64,000 nt of DNA from a virus (IMGVR_UViG_3300013719_000006:12652-76651), one strand, 5' to 3'. Positions 48,987-58,207 are shown, counted from the stretch's first letter. Notes: generated from the sequence alone by a model not told the origin. Program-made: numbers and translations.

Positions 48987-49566
48987 TTTCTCCTGTCGTC
49001 ACCACACGGCGAGCACGCCCATGGTTCTCGTGAAACCCAAAGGTAATTTCAGCCGATTTCCGCCAGCAACAAGCTTCAAAAAAGTCTGCTGTTGAGCCCA
49101 AAAAAGACCTTTTCCCTCCTTTCTTTATGTAAACATAGAAATTTTTATACCGGTTACAGATTGTCACCCCATGAACTCCGGTAGAGCTATTCCTTTGAAT
49201 TGCTCGATTCATGGCATTCTGCCCCTTACTCACATTCCTTAAGTTTGATAGGCGATTATCTTTTCGGTCACCATTTTGATGGTCTATGAATTCAGGCTCA
49301 CTGCCATATGAAATTTTCCATGCGATCCGATGAACAAGCAGAGAGCGACCATCCACATGTGCGCATAAATACCCTTGCGAGTTGGCTCTTTGGCCCGAAT
49401 AATTTTCAAACCTTTTCTGAGACATTTTGTAAGCTGCGTCTGTTTTATAATCCTCACGCTTACGCAGTTTTCTAACCAACTCTCCAGTTTCTGGGTTATA
49501 TGTGAAGCATTCCGCCAATCGTTCAGCAGATGGCAAGCATTTCGCCGATGTTTTAGAGCTCCTCAT
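48976..49566 (-). CDS. HNH endonuclease with AP2-like domain
   Basis: VHRIAW...IDHQNGDRKDNRLSNLR; NSSTGVHGV. Confidence 0.85.
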   Translation of the reverse strand: MRSSKTSAKCLPSAERLAECFTYNPETGELVRKLRKREDYKTDAAYKMSQKRFENYSGQRANSQGYLCAHVDGRSLLVHRIAWKISYGSEPEFIDHQNGDRKDNRLSNLRNVSKGQNAMNRAIQRNSSTGVHGVTICNRYKNFYVYIKKGGKRSFLGSTADFFEACCWRKSAEITFGFHENHGRARRVVTTGESDG

Positions 49567-49744
49567 CTATACCTCTGCTGACTTTTCTCATTAAGGGATC
49601 CTGCATCAGGTTTATTTCGCAGCTTGTGCAGCAATAAACCACCGACTCTGGCAGCACCGCAGAACAGAAAGCGCATGCAGAAGCAGATTGCACGCCATCG
49701 CCAGTAGGCAGATTTGATTGGCTGGTCCCGTTCGTGTTCTTCAT
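49553..49744 (-). CDS. NinF-like protein
   Basis: CAFC...CCTSCEINLMQDP. Confidence 0.6.
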   Translation of the reverse strand: MKNTNGTSQSNLPTGDGVQSASACAFCSAVLPESVVYCCTSCEINLMQDPLMRKVSRGIDEEL

Positions 49745-49841
49745 AGCGGTAATCTACCTCGCAATTTTCACAGTTAGCGCCGTAGTGATACTTGTCTTCT
49801 GAGGTGAGTGTTATGTGACAGCGGCAGCAGCGTTCTTTCAT
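49563..49841 (-). CDS. Cys-rich hypothetical protein overlapping the NinF-like gene
   Basis: CCRC...CENC; 3' part overlaps the NinF-like ORF in another frame. Confidence 0.4.
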   Translation of the reverse strand: MKERCCRCHITLTSEDKYHYGANCENCEVDYRYEEHERDQPIKSAYWRWRAICFCMRFLFCGAARVGGLLLHKLRNKPDAGSLNEKSQQRYR

Positions 49842-50008
49842 CGCGCCTTCCTCAGTCGATTCCACTTGGCCTGCACAAGTCCGCCGACATAATCGAAGGT
49901 GCTGACCTGGCTGGCTGCGGGAATTGTGGTTGGTTTCTTTCGGCGTGGCTTGGTGTTGTAGATGGCGTGATTCTCGATCCTCTCCCAGAGCGATCTAGTG
50001 CGGCGCAT
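49838..50008 (-). CDS. NinE-like protein (56 aa)
   Basis: MRRTRSLWERIENH...VSTFDY...W.RLRKAR; not in the ORF track. Confidence 0.65.
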   Translation of the reverse strand: MRRTRSLWERIENHAIYNTKPRRKKPTTIPAASQVSTFDYVGGLVQAKWNRLRKAR

Positions 50009-50288
50009 GTTGCCCCCTTGCAGTTTTCAGCAGCTCGTTGAGGCTCGCCATATGAGTGCTGACACCGAATCCTGCCGCCGTGTCCTTCATGCGGTACCGG
50101 CACACGCCATACTGATTATCAACGTGCTCTTTAATGATGTGGTGGCCGCCGGATAGAGTGTTGATGACGTTAGCTACGTTGAGCCTGTTAGTCCGGCACC
50201 GCTTGCACACCTGGTCGAAGATGTCTGCCATCAGGTGCCACTGTCCGTCCGATAAAACATCCAGTACTGCTGCTTTGATTTTGCTCAT
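49995..50288 (-). CDS. Hypothetical winged-helix-like protein
   Basis: AAVLDVLSDGQWH. Confidence 0.5.
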   Translation of the reverse strand: MSKIKAAVLDVLSDGQWHLMADIFDQVCKRCRTNRLNVANVINTLSGGHHIIKEHVDNQYGVCRYRMKDTAAGFGVSTHMASLNELLKTARGQHAPH

Positions 50289-50479
50289 GCTGCACTCCTG
50301 TATTCGGTGGTAACGACGCCGGGCGAGCCGGTTGTGTACATGGGATTGCGGTCGGGGTTCTCTGGCGTCACTTCCATCAGTCCGTCAAAGCGCTGATAAA
50401 CGCAGTGCGGTTTGTTATGGACGTGAGCAAGCCACGCAGCCTCTTCGATAGCTGCGCCAATTTCAGTAAAGGGGGTCAT
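50285..50479 (-). CDS. Hypothetical protein
   Basis: MTPFTEIGAAIEEAAWLA. Confidence 0.5.
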   Translation of the reverse strand: MTPFTEIGAAIEEAAWLAHVHNKPHCVYQRFDGLMEVTPENPDRNPMYTTGSPGVVTTEYRSAA

Positions 50480-50480
50480 G

Positions 50481-50912
50481 TTATTTTCCGAAGCGGTTAG
50501 CCCACTCAGCCGCACGCGCTGACTCGTCGCTAAACCTGACGTTCTGCTCTGCACCGAAGGCATGGATGAGTGTGATTAAATCTCGCATCTCACTGACGCG
50601 CATTTTGCTTGTTGATTTACCGAGGACTACAAAGCCATTGCCCTCCAGATTCGGCACCGCCTCCTGACCGTTTAAGCTCGCACTAAACAGGTGCTTCCAG
50701 CTCTCCGGAGCCAGCTTCCGCCCATGCCAAATAACCTGCTCTGATACGTCATGCAGGCATGCCCATAAGAGAGCGTTTTGTTCGAGGGATCTGGTTCGTT
50801 CGGAGATGGTCACTACAAGAGGGGTTTGGTTATTCGCTGATATCTGCTGGATGGCTTCTACGCAATTTTGCCGTATTCGGTTATCCCGCAGGATGTAGGT
50901 TTGTTTCTCCAT
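50481..50912 (-). CDS. ninB: NinB/Orf recombination mediator
   Basis: RSLEQNALLWACL.DVS.Q...STSKM.V.EM.DLI. Confidence 0.88.
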   Translation of the reverse strand: MEKQTYILRDNRIRQNCVEAIQQISANNQTPLVVTISERTRSLEQNALLWACLHDVSEQVIWHGRKLAPESWKHLFSASLNGQEAVPNLEGNGFVVLGKSTSKMRVSEMRDLITLIHAFGAEQNVRFSDESARAAEWANRFGK

Positions 50913-51081
50913 CGCGCTTCTCTCGCTTTAATGCGTCGCTGAGGGTTTTGCGGATAGCTGCAGGGAGTGACATAAAGCCTGCATAGCGCTGAGAGATGAC
51001 TGCAAGGTCATTTGCCAGCTTATCCAGTTCGGCGTCTGATATGACGTGCTCAGAGCGTTTTAAGGGGATTACGTTGTTCAT
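50881..51081 (-). CDS. Hypothetical protein
   Basis: MNNVIPLK. Confidence 0.5.
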   Translation of the reverse strand: MNNVIPLKRSEHVISDAELDKLANDLAVISQRYAGFMSLPAAIRKTLSDALKREKRDGETNLHPAG

Positions 51082-51084
51082 GGG

Positions 51085-51390
51085 CTACTCCTTAACGATT
51101 ATTCCATGCTTAGCTAGAGTCCGGATTAACTCGCTAGTCCAGACGGCATCGTCCCCGCAGTCGTGAGGCGAAAAGCTATCGAAGTCATAGATTTCGATTT
51201 CAATCGCGGCGCGGGATGCCAGCCATGTCTGCCAGTGCCCTTGGAGGATGTCACAAACATATGTGCCACCTACATCGCCTGAACCTGGCTCTACGTGTCC
51301 AGCAGGGTAGCGCTCTAAGTCAGTAGCTTCACCTCCACGTGATAACCAATTTCCTTCAAACCGCTCCCTTTCCAGCTCATCGTTGTTCAT
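51085..51390 (-). CDS. Hypothetical protein
   Basis: ERERFE...W..WLASRAAIEIE. Confidence 0.55.
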   Translation of the reverse strand: MNNDELERERFEGNWLSRGGEATDLERYPAGHVEPGSGDVGGTYVCDILQGHWQTWLASRAAIEIEIYDFDSFSPHDCGDDAVWTSELIRTLAKHGIIVKE

Positions 51391-51672
51391 CAGCGCACCT
51401 TGTAGCTATTTGGAATACAGAAGGTTGAAGATGCCGGGGTTCCGTTTGGCGACGCATAAAAATACAAAGGCCACCATCGGCCGAAGCATCGCAACGGAAG
51501 CCTGAAGCAGACATATCCCCAGCGCTTGGTACGGATGTTTACCGCCCAGTGCATAGCGTTTTCGCCATAGATGGTTAGTGGGCCAATGCTAATATGCCCT
51601 GCCATAAAGCTTTCCCACCACGTGAATGACTGGTATTCCTTTTGATTCAATATTGCTCGCTTTAACCACATA

Positions 51673-52014
51673 TCACTGCTCTCCGTTCTGATTGGTGGGC
51701 TGCTCTGGCACAACACGGTAGGCGATGATGTCGTCACTTCGGTTTTCGTGAGGCCAGTCAATAACTGTGCTCAAAGCCGTATCTTTATCCCCGTCCCGCA
51801 TTTCAAATTCGACTAAAGTGCCAATATCGACCGGACACTCCCCACCACCCCACTCAATCCAGCCATCACCCCGCTCCTGCTGCTCCAGTATGGGGAGTGC
51901 AATCTCAAGGGCCTCCAGATAGTCATACATCTGATTGCTCATGCCTTGGTTGTCACGCTTAAACTGCAAATCAATGATGCGTTGTTTGCAGCGTTCAGCT
52001 GTTAGCTTGCTCAT
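51673..52014 (-). CDS. Hypothetical nin-region protein
   Basis: GWIEWGGGECPV...DIIAYRVV. Confidence 0.5.
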   Translation of the reverse strand: MSKLTAERCKQRIIDLQFKRDNQGMSNQMYDYLEALEIALPILEQQERGDGWIEWGGGECPVDIGTLVEFEMRDGDKDTALSTVIDWPHENRSDDIIAYRVVPEQPTNQNGEQ

Positions 52015-52265
52015 ACCCCCTCCAGTGGAAGGTTTGCAGCCACGCTGGCCACGCGCAAAAACTCGCGCATCATGTCCATATCCATCCATGTCTTTTCAGT
52101 CAGGTGAAATGCCCAGTTAGCAAGACTTTCATGGCTGTGCAGCCTGTTTACTGCGATTTCATAGGTGGTGTTGCCTGTGTTGAGCACAACGAATCCGTCT
52201 TCCAGATAAACCTTTTTGGCCAGCTCCGCGCGGTGCGCCATGTACTGCTCGAGATGTGTTTTCAT
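52011..52265 (-). CDS. Hypothetical protein
   Basis: 84 aa, coupled to the helicase stop. Confidence 0.5.
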   Translation of the reverse strand: MKTHLEQYMAHRAELAKKVYLEDGFVVLNTGNTTYEIAVNRLHSHESLANWAFHLTEKTWMDMDMMREFLRVASVAANLPLEGV

Positions 52266-53692
52266 CAGAAGCCCTCTACCTGTTTAAGTTGTTTTGTCAC
52301 CTTGCGGGATTTGCGCTCTGCTCGCTCTTCTGCTGCCTGCTTTTGATCGCATGGGAAAAGAGCTACGTCTTTCTGGTCAACGTAAACCGTGCCGGTTTTG
52401 CCGTGGCGGTTAAGTCGCAGTATGAGTTCCGTCAGTGTCGGATCCGCGTTGTCGTCGTAAACGCTTTCCTTGTAAATTGCCATCCAGTAATCACAGTCCT
52501 GTTCAATCTGTCCGGTATCGCGAGAATCGCTGGCCATAGGGCGCTTATTGGCTCGCTCTTCAAGATTACGGTTTAGCTGGGTCAGGAGGATGATTACCGT
52601 ATCCAGCTCCTTGGCCAGGTTCTTCAGAGCCTTGGTAATCTTGCCGAATGCCAGAGCGTTGGTTTCTGAAGCTTCAGTGCTCATCAGTGTCAGGTAGTCG
52701 ATGCCAATCATGCCGATACGCTTGTTATTGCGCTTCAGTTTGCGGCACTCCGCCTGAATGTGGGCCAGCGTCATGCCGGGGTTATCGTCAATCCAGATGT
52801 TTGGCCGGTCGCTCATTCTGGCCATCGCTGCGTAAACCCTATTCCAGTCTTCATCCTCGCTCGGGCCCGATTTTTCTTGTGCATAGAACATATCGGTATT
52901 GACGTGTGATGACTGGCCAAGCATGCGCTCGAAGATTTGCTCTTCAGGCATCTCAAGGCTGAACATGGCCACAGGCAGGTTTTCAACGTCTGCGACATGC
53001 AAAGCGATTTCGGTCAGCACCGTGGTTTTTCCCATTTTTGGCCTTGCGCCAATAACGAACAGGGATCCGCGCATGACATGCTTCGGTGCCAGTAGCTTGT
53101 CGAGGTCACGAATGCCAGTAGTCAGGCCGCGATGCGCATCCGGATCGTTAAACCGGTTTTCGACCATTGCTGTCCATTTAGCTGCAATGTCGTCTATGCG
53201 ACGAAGTCCCTTTTTGTTGCCGGTAGCAGTGCTGTCTACAGCCTCTGCCAGCAAAGCCTGAGCGGCTTCAACCTTCTGCTCAGTGGTCATGCCGTTGCGG
53301 GAGCTGAACAGGCTGGCCACCTCGTTTGACTGGCGGATCCACATGCGGTCAGAAGCCCGGTCTTTCACGACTGAGGCGTAGTTCACGACGTTTGCGGAGC
53401 TGGGTGTGTTTTTAACCATCTCAGCCAGATAGCCGAAACCACCTAGCTGCTCCAGCTTCCCGCCTTGCTCCAGCGCCTGTGACAGCGTCAGGATGTCCAC
53501 GGTAATTTTGCGTCGGTTAAGCGTCACAGCTTCAGACCAGATTTCCTGATGTGAGCGGCTGTAGAACGCATCTGGCTTCAGCGTGGCCAGCACCATCTGG
53601 CATTTGTCGCTCTGGCTGTCATTCAGGATGCTGCCGATTACACACTGCTCCGCATCGATGCTGTTTGGAGGTACGAAGTTATTTCCTGTCAT
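52265..53692 (-). CDS. DnaB-like replicative helicase
   Basis: GARPKMGKT Walker A; IDYL; QLNR; SDSRDTGQIEQDCD. Confidence 0.93.
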   Translation of the reverse strand: MTGNNFVPPNSIDAEQCVIGSILNDSQSDKCQMVLATLKPDAFYSRSHQEIWSEAVTLNRRKITVDILTLSQALEQGGKLEQLGGFGYLAEMVKNTPSSANVVNYASVVKDRASDRMWIRQSNEVASLFSSRNGMTTEQKVEAAQALLAEAVDSTATGNKKGLRRIDDIAAKWTAMVENRFNDPDAHRGLTTGIRDLDKLLAPKHVMRGSLFVIGARPKMGKTTVLTEIALHVADVENLPVAMFSLEMPEEQIFERMLGQSSHVNTDMFYAQEKSGPSEDEDWNRVYAAMARMSDRPNIWIDDNPGMTLAHIQAECRKLKRNNKRIGMIGIDYLTLMSTEASETNALAFGKITKALKNLAKELDTVIILLTQLNRNLEERANKRPMASDSRDTGQIEQDCDYWMAIYKESVYDDNADPTLTELILRLNRHGKTGTVYVDQKDVALFPCDQKQAAEERAERKSRKVTKQLKQVEGF

Positions 53693-54626
53693 TTGCGCGC
53701 TGCTCCTTCACCTTCGTGTAGCACTCATCCGTCACCAGATAGTCCAGATTCTTGGCTGCCCAAAATCCACCCTTGCCGTTTGGCCTTTCCTGCATCATCC
53801 AGGTGCAGTTCGAAGCGATGTATTCGAGGTAGTTCCGCCAGTTCTCAATCGTGAACGGAACACCTTTGGCCTTCTGGTACTCGCGGTTGCACTGCTGCCA
53901 GAAGTTGCGCATCGCAGATTTACGTTTTCCACGAATAATTTCGACTGCCGACATTTCCGGCAGGATTTCATGGTAGGCATTCACCATGTCTTCGTATGGG
54001 GTGCGAACTGCTTTTGGCTTATCGGGATTGGCTGGCTGTCTCGGGATTCTGATTTCTTCATCATCGTCCTGATCGGCGGTTTGAGATGGACACTCAATAT
54101 CTTTAGATATTGAGTTATTAGTTAGTAATTCATTGTATGTGGTAATTTGCTGGGAATCTGTTGGGACGACCATTACCGCAGCCTTAGTGCCATGCGGGTT
54201 TGCGTTGGTAATCTGCTGGTAATCTGTTGGTAAATAATCTGCCTGATATTCATCGTATTTCAGGATGCTTATCACAGTGAATTTACGGTTAGATTCGGCG
54301 CTTACCATTCCCATGCTGATGAACTTCCTCAGAAGGTATTGGACGCGATCCGGAGAGATTCCTGTTTCGCTAGCCAGCTTGTGTCGCCCGGTAATGCACT
54401 GCCCTCTCTCAAGCCGGATATCGCCAAACTCTGTGGTTGAAACGATAGGCTTATGAGTGGCCTTCATCACCAGGTGGAACCAGAGGTGTACGGCTTGAGA
54501 GTCCTTGTAGAATCCACAGTCCATAATTTTTCTGTGGAACAAGGCAAACCCCTTATCTACTGAAGGTTTCGCATCCTGCTGCTTGTAGTCCCTGTGGTCG
54601 GATATCTTTCGTACTACGTTGCTCAT
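53679..54626 (-). CDS. Replication initiator O-like protein
   Basis: Between cII and helicase; wHTH N-terminus; internal iterons. Confidence 0.85.
   Translation of the reverse strand: MSNVVRKISDHRDYKQQDAKPSVDKGFALFHRKIMDCGFYKDSQAVHLWFHLVMKATHKPIVSTTEFGDIRLERGQCITGRHKLASETGISPDRVQYLLRKFISMGMVSAESNRKFTVISILKYDEYQADYLPTDYQQITNANPHGTKAAVMVVPTDSQQITTYNELLTNNSISKDIECPSQTADQDDDEEIRIPRQPANPDKPKAVRTPYEDMVNAYHEILPEMSAVEIIRGKRKSAMRNFWQQCNREYQKAKGVPFTIENWRNYLEYIASNCTWMMQERPNGKGGFWAAKNLDYLVTDECYTKVKEQRANDRK
54141..54245. repeat. Iterons of the prophage 2 origin
   Basis: GGTAATTTGCTGGGAATCTGTTGG (54141) and GGTAATCTGCTGGTAATCTGTTGG (54207). Confidence 0.65.
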
Positions 54627-54801
54627 TTGCCCTTCTCCCGAGTCTTTGCTTCTTTCAGGCACTGACTTAACTTGCTGGCACCAAGCTGAGAAATGCTGCG
54701 ATAAAACTGCTCTCTGGCCTGCTCTTTGAGTAGGGCAAATCTTTCATGTTTATCGGGTTTCATGTATTATTACTCCTGTGAATTGATCCAGTCATTTCGC
54801 A

Positions 54802-55080
54802 TCAGGCCTCGAAGAATTCGCCGTTCTTCGGGGCTTTTTCTTTGGTGAGAATGCTTGCCACCTGTCTGGCTAAATGAGCCATCTCGTCATCCACAACACC
54901 CCATTCCAGCACTGCAAGCAGCATTGAGAACTTTGGCAACCAGTCGCGTTTCCAGCGGCTTATCTGCGCCTTATCGACGCCTACAGCAGCTGCCGTTTTC
55001 TCAGTGCCAATCAGAGAGATTTTGTTGAGTAAGGCACTTTCGATTTTCAGCGCCTCGTTGCGTTTGTTTGCGTGATCCAT
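54802..55080 (-). CDS. cII: CII transcriptional activator
   Basis: IESALLNKISLIGTEKTAAAVGVDKAQISRWKRDWLPKFSMLLAVLEW. Confidence 0.93.
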   Translation of the reverse strand: MDHANKRNEALKIESALLNKISLIGTEKTAAAVGVDKAQISRWKRDWLPKFSMLLAVLEWGVVDDEMAHLARQVASILTKEKAPKNGEFFEA

Positions 55081-55160
55081 TTCGTAGAATTCCTTTGTTG
55101 AATAAGTAAATGCGCGACGGCCATGTGGCAGTCACGTACGAATCATTTGATTTGATTACT

Positions 55161-55192
55161 GCCCTTTTTCAGGGCGGGGATGTTTAAGAGCG
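55161..55192 (-). promoter_or_regulatory. nutR (boxA plus boxB)
   Basis: Minus strand CGCTCTTAAACA then GCCCTGAAAAAGGGC, matching lambda nutR boxB as I recall it. Confidence 0.88.
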
Positions 55193-55201
55193 GGATGTAT
55201 C

Positions 55202-55432
55202 TTAAGCGGCTTCTAACTCAGGCCAGATGCATGTCCAATCACTTGGATGAAGGTGCTTGCGAGTCACTGCGCCGGCACTTGCTTTCTCAATCAGTACGCA
55301 TAGAGCTGCGCCTAACTCATGGTTTTTGCTAAGTGCTTTACGGAGATAACCGATTGTCGTGCCGCACTTAATTGCAAAAACTCGCTGTTCATCCAGTGAA
55401 AGGTTGTTGAGATAGATACGTAACTCGTTCAT
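55202..55432 (-). CDS. cro: Cro-like (YdaS-type) repressor
   Basis: FAIKCGTTIGYLRKA HTH, divergent from cI. Confidence 0.8.
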   Translation of the reverse strand: MNELRIYLNNLSLDEQRVFAIKCGTTIGYLRKALSKNHELGAALCVLIEKASAGAVTRKHLHPSDWTCIWPELEAA

Positions 55433-55468
55433 CTCTGATTTCCTTGTTTACCTTCACAAGGGAATAGT

Positions 55469-55522
55469 TTACCTACAGGTAACGATTTTAGCAATACCTA
55501 TAGGTTATTTACCAAAGGGTAA
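55469..55522. promoter_or_regulatory. Prophage 2 oR operators
   Basis: TTACCTACAGGTAA, ATACCTATAGGTTA, TTACCAAAGGGTAA. Confidence 0.75.
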
Positions 55523-55533
55523 ACATATTTAAA

Positions 55534-56217
55534 ATGCTCGCCATGGATAAATACGAAAAACGGCGTCAGCGCCTTATACAGATAAGAGACGAAATGTGCG
55601 GCGGAAAAGCCGTCGATCTCGCTCGCAGAATTGAAAGAGAGCCATCATATGTCTCGCGCATGCTCTATGAGGATGGTAAAAAAGGGAAAAAGCGAATTGC
55701 TGACGATATGGTAGAGATCATAGAGAAGGCGTTTTCGCTCCCTCGTGGATGGATGGATGAAATTGCCGATAAAGGGCATGACAACGTTCGCTACGCAGGG
55801 CAACACAAAGAAACGAAGGGATTCCCATTGATTAGCTGGGTAAGCGCCGGGCAATGGCTAGAGGCTCTGGAGCCTTATAAAATAAGTGAAATAGAAGAGT
55901 GGCCTGAGACAACCCAAAGTGCGGGGCCGCATTCGTTCTGGCTCACAGTTAAAGGTGATTCGATGACATCACCAGTAGGTTTCACTGTACCTGAAGGGAT
56001 GATAATCCTGGTAGATCCCAGCAAAGAAGCTAAAAGCGGAAAGCTGGTCGTTGCCAAACTTGTTAATGACAACGAGGCCACATTCAAGATGTATGTGGAA
56101 GACGCCGGTCGCAAATTCCTCAAGCCGCTAAATCCCCAGTACCCTATGACTGAGATTGATGGAAACTGCTCCATCATCGGAACAGTCATAGACGCAAAAT
56201 GGCAAAAACTGCCGTAA
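55534..56217 (+). CDS. cI: CI repressor (HTH plus S24)
   Basis: ISWVSAG, VKGDSM, ATFKMY. Confidence 0.92.
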   Translation: MLAMDKYEKRRQRLIQIRDEMCGGKAVDLARRIEREPSYVSRMLYEDGKKGKKRIADDMVEIIEKAFSLPRGWMDEIADKGHDNVRYAGQHKETKGFPLISWVSAGQWLEALEPYKISEIEEWPETTQSAGPHSFWLTVKGDSMTSPVGFTVPEGMIILVDPSKEAKSGKLVVAKLVNDNEATFKMYVEDAGRKFLKPLNPQYPMTEIDGNCSIIGTVIDAKWQKLP

Positions 56218-56325
56218 TCCGTCTTAAAAAGCCCGCCTAGCGCGGGTTTTCCTTTTTTAGTTACCCCAAAAATAAAAATAAATTACCTGTAATTTCAACG
56301 GGGTAAACTTTTACACCTAAATACT

Positions 56326-56367
56326 TTACCTATGGGTATAGACAATAAATTTACCCTGAGGTAATGT
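56326..56367 (+). promoter_or_regulatory. Prophage 2 pL and oL
   Basis: TTACCTATGGGTAT and TTACCCTGAGGTAA; TAGACA-17-TAATGT. Confidence 0.75.
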
Positions 56368-56436
56368 TTATCCCATCAGTAAGACGCTGAGGCAGTAAAG
56401 GGAAACGGAACTGATTCCCGCGTTCATTAAAATCAG

Positions 56437-56548
56437 GCGCTGAAAAAGCGCAAACATTCAAAGCAGCAAGCTTTGGGGTGGTGTGAATTGCAGCGTGAAA
56501 AAGCGCAACTGAGGAGATCGGCATCGCAGCACCTCACCGCCAAAGCTA
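56437..56548 (+). promoter_or_regulatory. nutL boxB and N-leader RNase III-type stem
   Basis: GCGCTGAAAAAGCGC at 56437; AGCTTTGGGGTGG...CCGCCAAAGCT long stem, as in the lambda N leader. Confidence 0.8.
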
Positions 56549-56566
56549 ACTGACAGGAGAATGACC

Positions 56567-56866
56567 ATGAATGCACAAGAGAAACGCCGTGCAGCTCGCG
56601 CAGAGAAACAATCAGCGTGGAAGCAAGCCAACCCCCTGTTGGTTGGCGTGAAGGCTAGACCTGATTGCCGCCCTATCCTCACGTTAAATCGTAAACCAGT
56701 TGACCGCGTGGTTAAGGCTGTCGAGACAGAAACCGAATATCACAAACAGATTCTGGCCGGCGCATCGAAGTATCTCGGTGGAGACATCGAAGGATCAATC
56801 TGCCTTCCTGATGTTGCCATCTATCACGCCGGATATCGCAAGTCAGAAAGCGTTACCGCACGATAG
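56567..56866 (+). CDS. N: Antitermination protein N
   Basis: ARM MNAQEKRRAARAEKQSAWKQANPLLVGV; first pL gene; AACTGACAGGAGAAT leader. Confidence 0.9.
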   Translation: MNAQEKRRAARAEKQSAWKQANPLLVGVKARPDCRPILTLNRKPVDRVVKAVETETEYHKQILAGASKYLGGDIEGSICLPDVAIYHAGYRKSESVTAR

Positions 56867-56918
56867 TTTTGCCAACTTCTGCCGATTAATAAACAGACAA
56901 TTACAGGGAGGGGCAAAA

Positions 56919-57362
56919 TTGAAAAGCACGATGACTTACACAGCAATGCGGGTTAAGCAGTTCGGTTTCACTCCAGCAGTTGAAGTGCAGTGCATTGACA
57001 CCAGGAGCAAACAAAATACTGATTGCTTACTACTGTTCAAGACTCTGGATGACGTGATTTTCCTCGGCGCTGATAACTTTCATCCACTGATTAAAGCGGA
57101 GATGAAAGAGGTCGCGATAGAAGCGCTCGGTGTTGGCAAAGGAAAGCTTCAGCTCGAAGCAAAGCAGCGTGTCAGTGAGCTGGAAAGCAGTCGAATCAGG
57201 CAGGCAGGCATCGCAAGGCAATTCAGGGATGCAGTAGCCGCCTGGTCGCAGGATATCTCAGGCCTTAGCCTTGATGTGCAGAACGGGCTGGATGTGCCAA
57301 CGGTGAAGTCCCGATTAATGGCGCTAGTCAGCAGCATGGAGAGGCTAAAGCCTAACAAATAA
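56919..57362 (+). CDS. Hypothetical cargo protein A (147 aa)
   Basis: TTG start after GGGAGGGG; followed by a terminator. Confidence 0.6.
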   Translation: MKSTMTYTAMRVKQFGFTPAVEVQCIDTRSKQNTDCLLLFKTLDDVIFLGADNFHPLIKAEMKEVAIEALGVGKGKLQLEAKQRVSELESSRIRQAGIARQFRDAVAAWSQDISGLSLDVQNGLDVPTVKSRLMALVSSMERLKPNK

Positions 57363-57368
57363 CAACAA

Positions 57369-57388
57369 CCCGCTTCGGCGGGTTTTTT
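57369..57388 (+). terminator. Intrinsic terminator
   Basis: CCCGCTTCGGCGGG plus T6. Confidence 0.85.
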
Positions 57389-57389
57389 A

Positions 57390-57537
57390 TTGCCTGCACC
57401 AGAGAGTAGAGAAGGCTTGCATCTCCCCTTCTCTGCGTGACCAGAAGACGACTGGCTCAGCCTGCCTGCCTGAGGTTGCAATTTACTCTGCCGGATTCCG
57501 TAACGGTCGCAAAGATGCGACTCATATCATTAAGTGA
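57390..57537 (+). pseudogene. Start-less N C-terminal remnant 1
   Basis: RVEKACISPSLRDQKTTGSACLPEVAIYSAGFRNGRKDATHIIK*. Confidence 0.75.
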
Positions 57538-57543
57538 GGGGTT

Positions 57544-57825
57544 ATGAAGCTCGACTTAAAATACTCACCTGTCAGGCCAGGTGTCGAATACGTCGTTCTT
57601 GACCATGCGAATCACTATGCCGGAACTGTTTGGCGCGTTAATGGCGACGACGCGGAATTGGCTGGATACAGATACAACATAGTTTGGGCGCTGTGCGGGC
57701 CATTCGCATGTACGAATGAACCAGCAAAAGATCATGATGATTTGTGCAAGAAAATAGATGAGATGTCAGAGCGTCATTACGCCGGCTATCGAAAACCAAC
57801 CAAGAGCATTTATCCAGCGAGGTGA
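57544..57825 (+). CDS. Hypothetical cargo protein B
   Basis: GAGGGG RBS; 93 aa. Confidence 0.6.
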   Translation: MKLDLKYSPVRPGVEYVVLDHANHYAGTVWRVNGDDAELAGYRYNIVWALCGPFACTNEPAKDHDDLCKKIDEMSERHYAGYRKPTKSIYPAR

Positions 57826-57827
57826 GC

Positions 57828-58121
57828 ATGAAAAGGACTGGTGAACTGGTAGTGTCTGTGAGCGTAGACACTACCGAGATTGAACTTCAGATAGCAGAGT
57901 TGAAATCGCTATTAGGTTCAGAGCTTGAAGGCGTTTCTGACGATTTCATCAACGCGGCTTATAGCAACCTGCCTGCTGTGCTCAATGATATCGTCTTTAG
58001 TGACACTCCTGCCGCACCCTGCACAAGCCTCAACATTGTCCATCGTGTACGGCTCGGCTCTAAATATGAAAGATTCACTGCCGCAATCAGGGCAGGAAAA
58101 TTGGATTCGAATTTTCTCTGA
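57828..58121 (+). CDS. Hypothetical cargo protein C
   Basis: GAGG RBS; overlapped antisense by a zinc-ribbon ORF. Confidence 0.5.
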   Translation: MKRTGELVVSVSVDTTEIELQIAELKSLLGSELEGVSDDFINAAYSNLPAVLNDIVFSDTPAAPCTSLNIVHRVRLGSKYERFTAAIRAGKLDSNFL

Positions 58122-58124
58122 CAT
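57918..58124 (-). CDS. Small zinc-ribbon protein (ECs_2282-like)
   Basis: FSCPDCGS...CAGCG; AAGGA RBS. Confidence 0.65.
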   Translation of the reverse strand: MSEKIRIQFSCPDCGSESFIFRAEPYTMDNVEACAGCGRSVTKDDIIEHSRQVAISRVDEIVRNAFKL

Positions 58125-58207
58125 AGCAATTCCTTTTAATGACTGTGGAGCAACCAAATTATCAGTTTCCTTTGACTGTGGAAAGCTGAGGAACCACCTC
58201 GCCTGAT

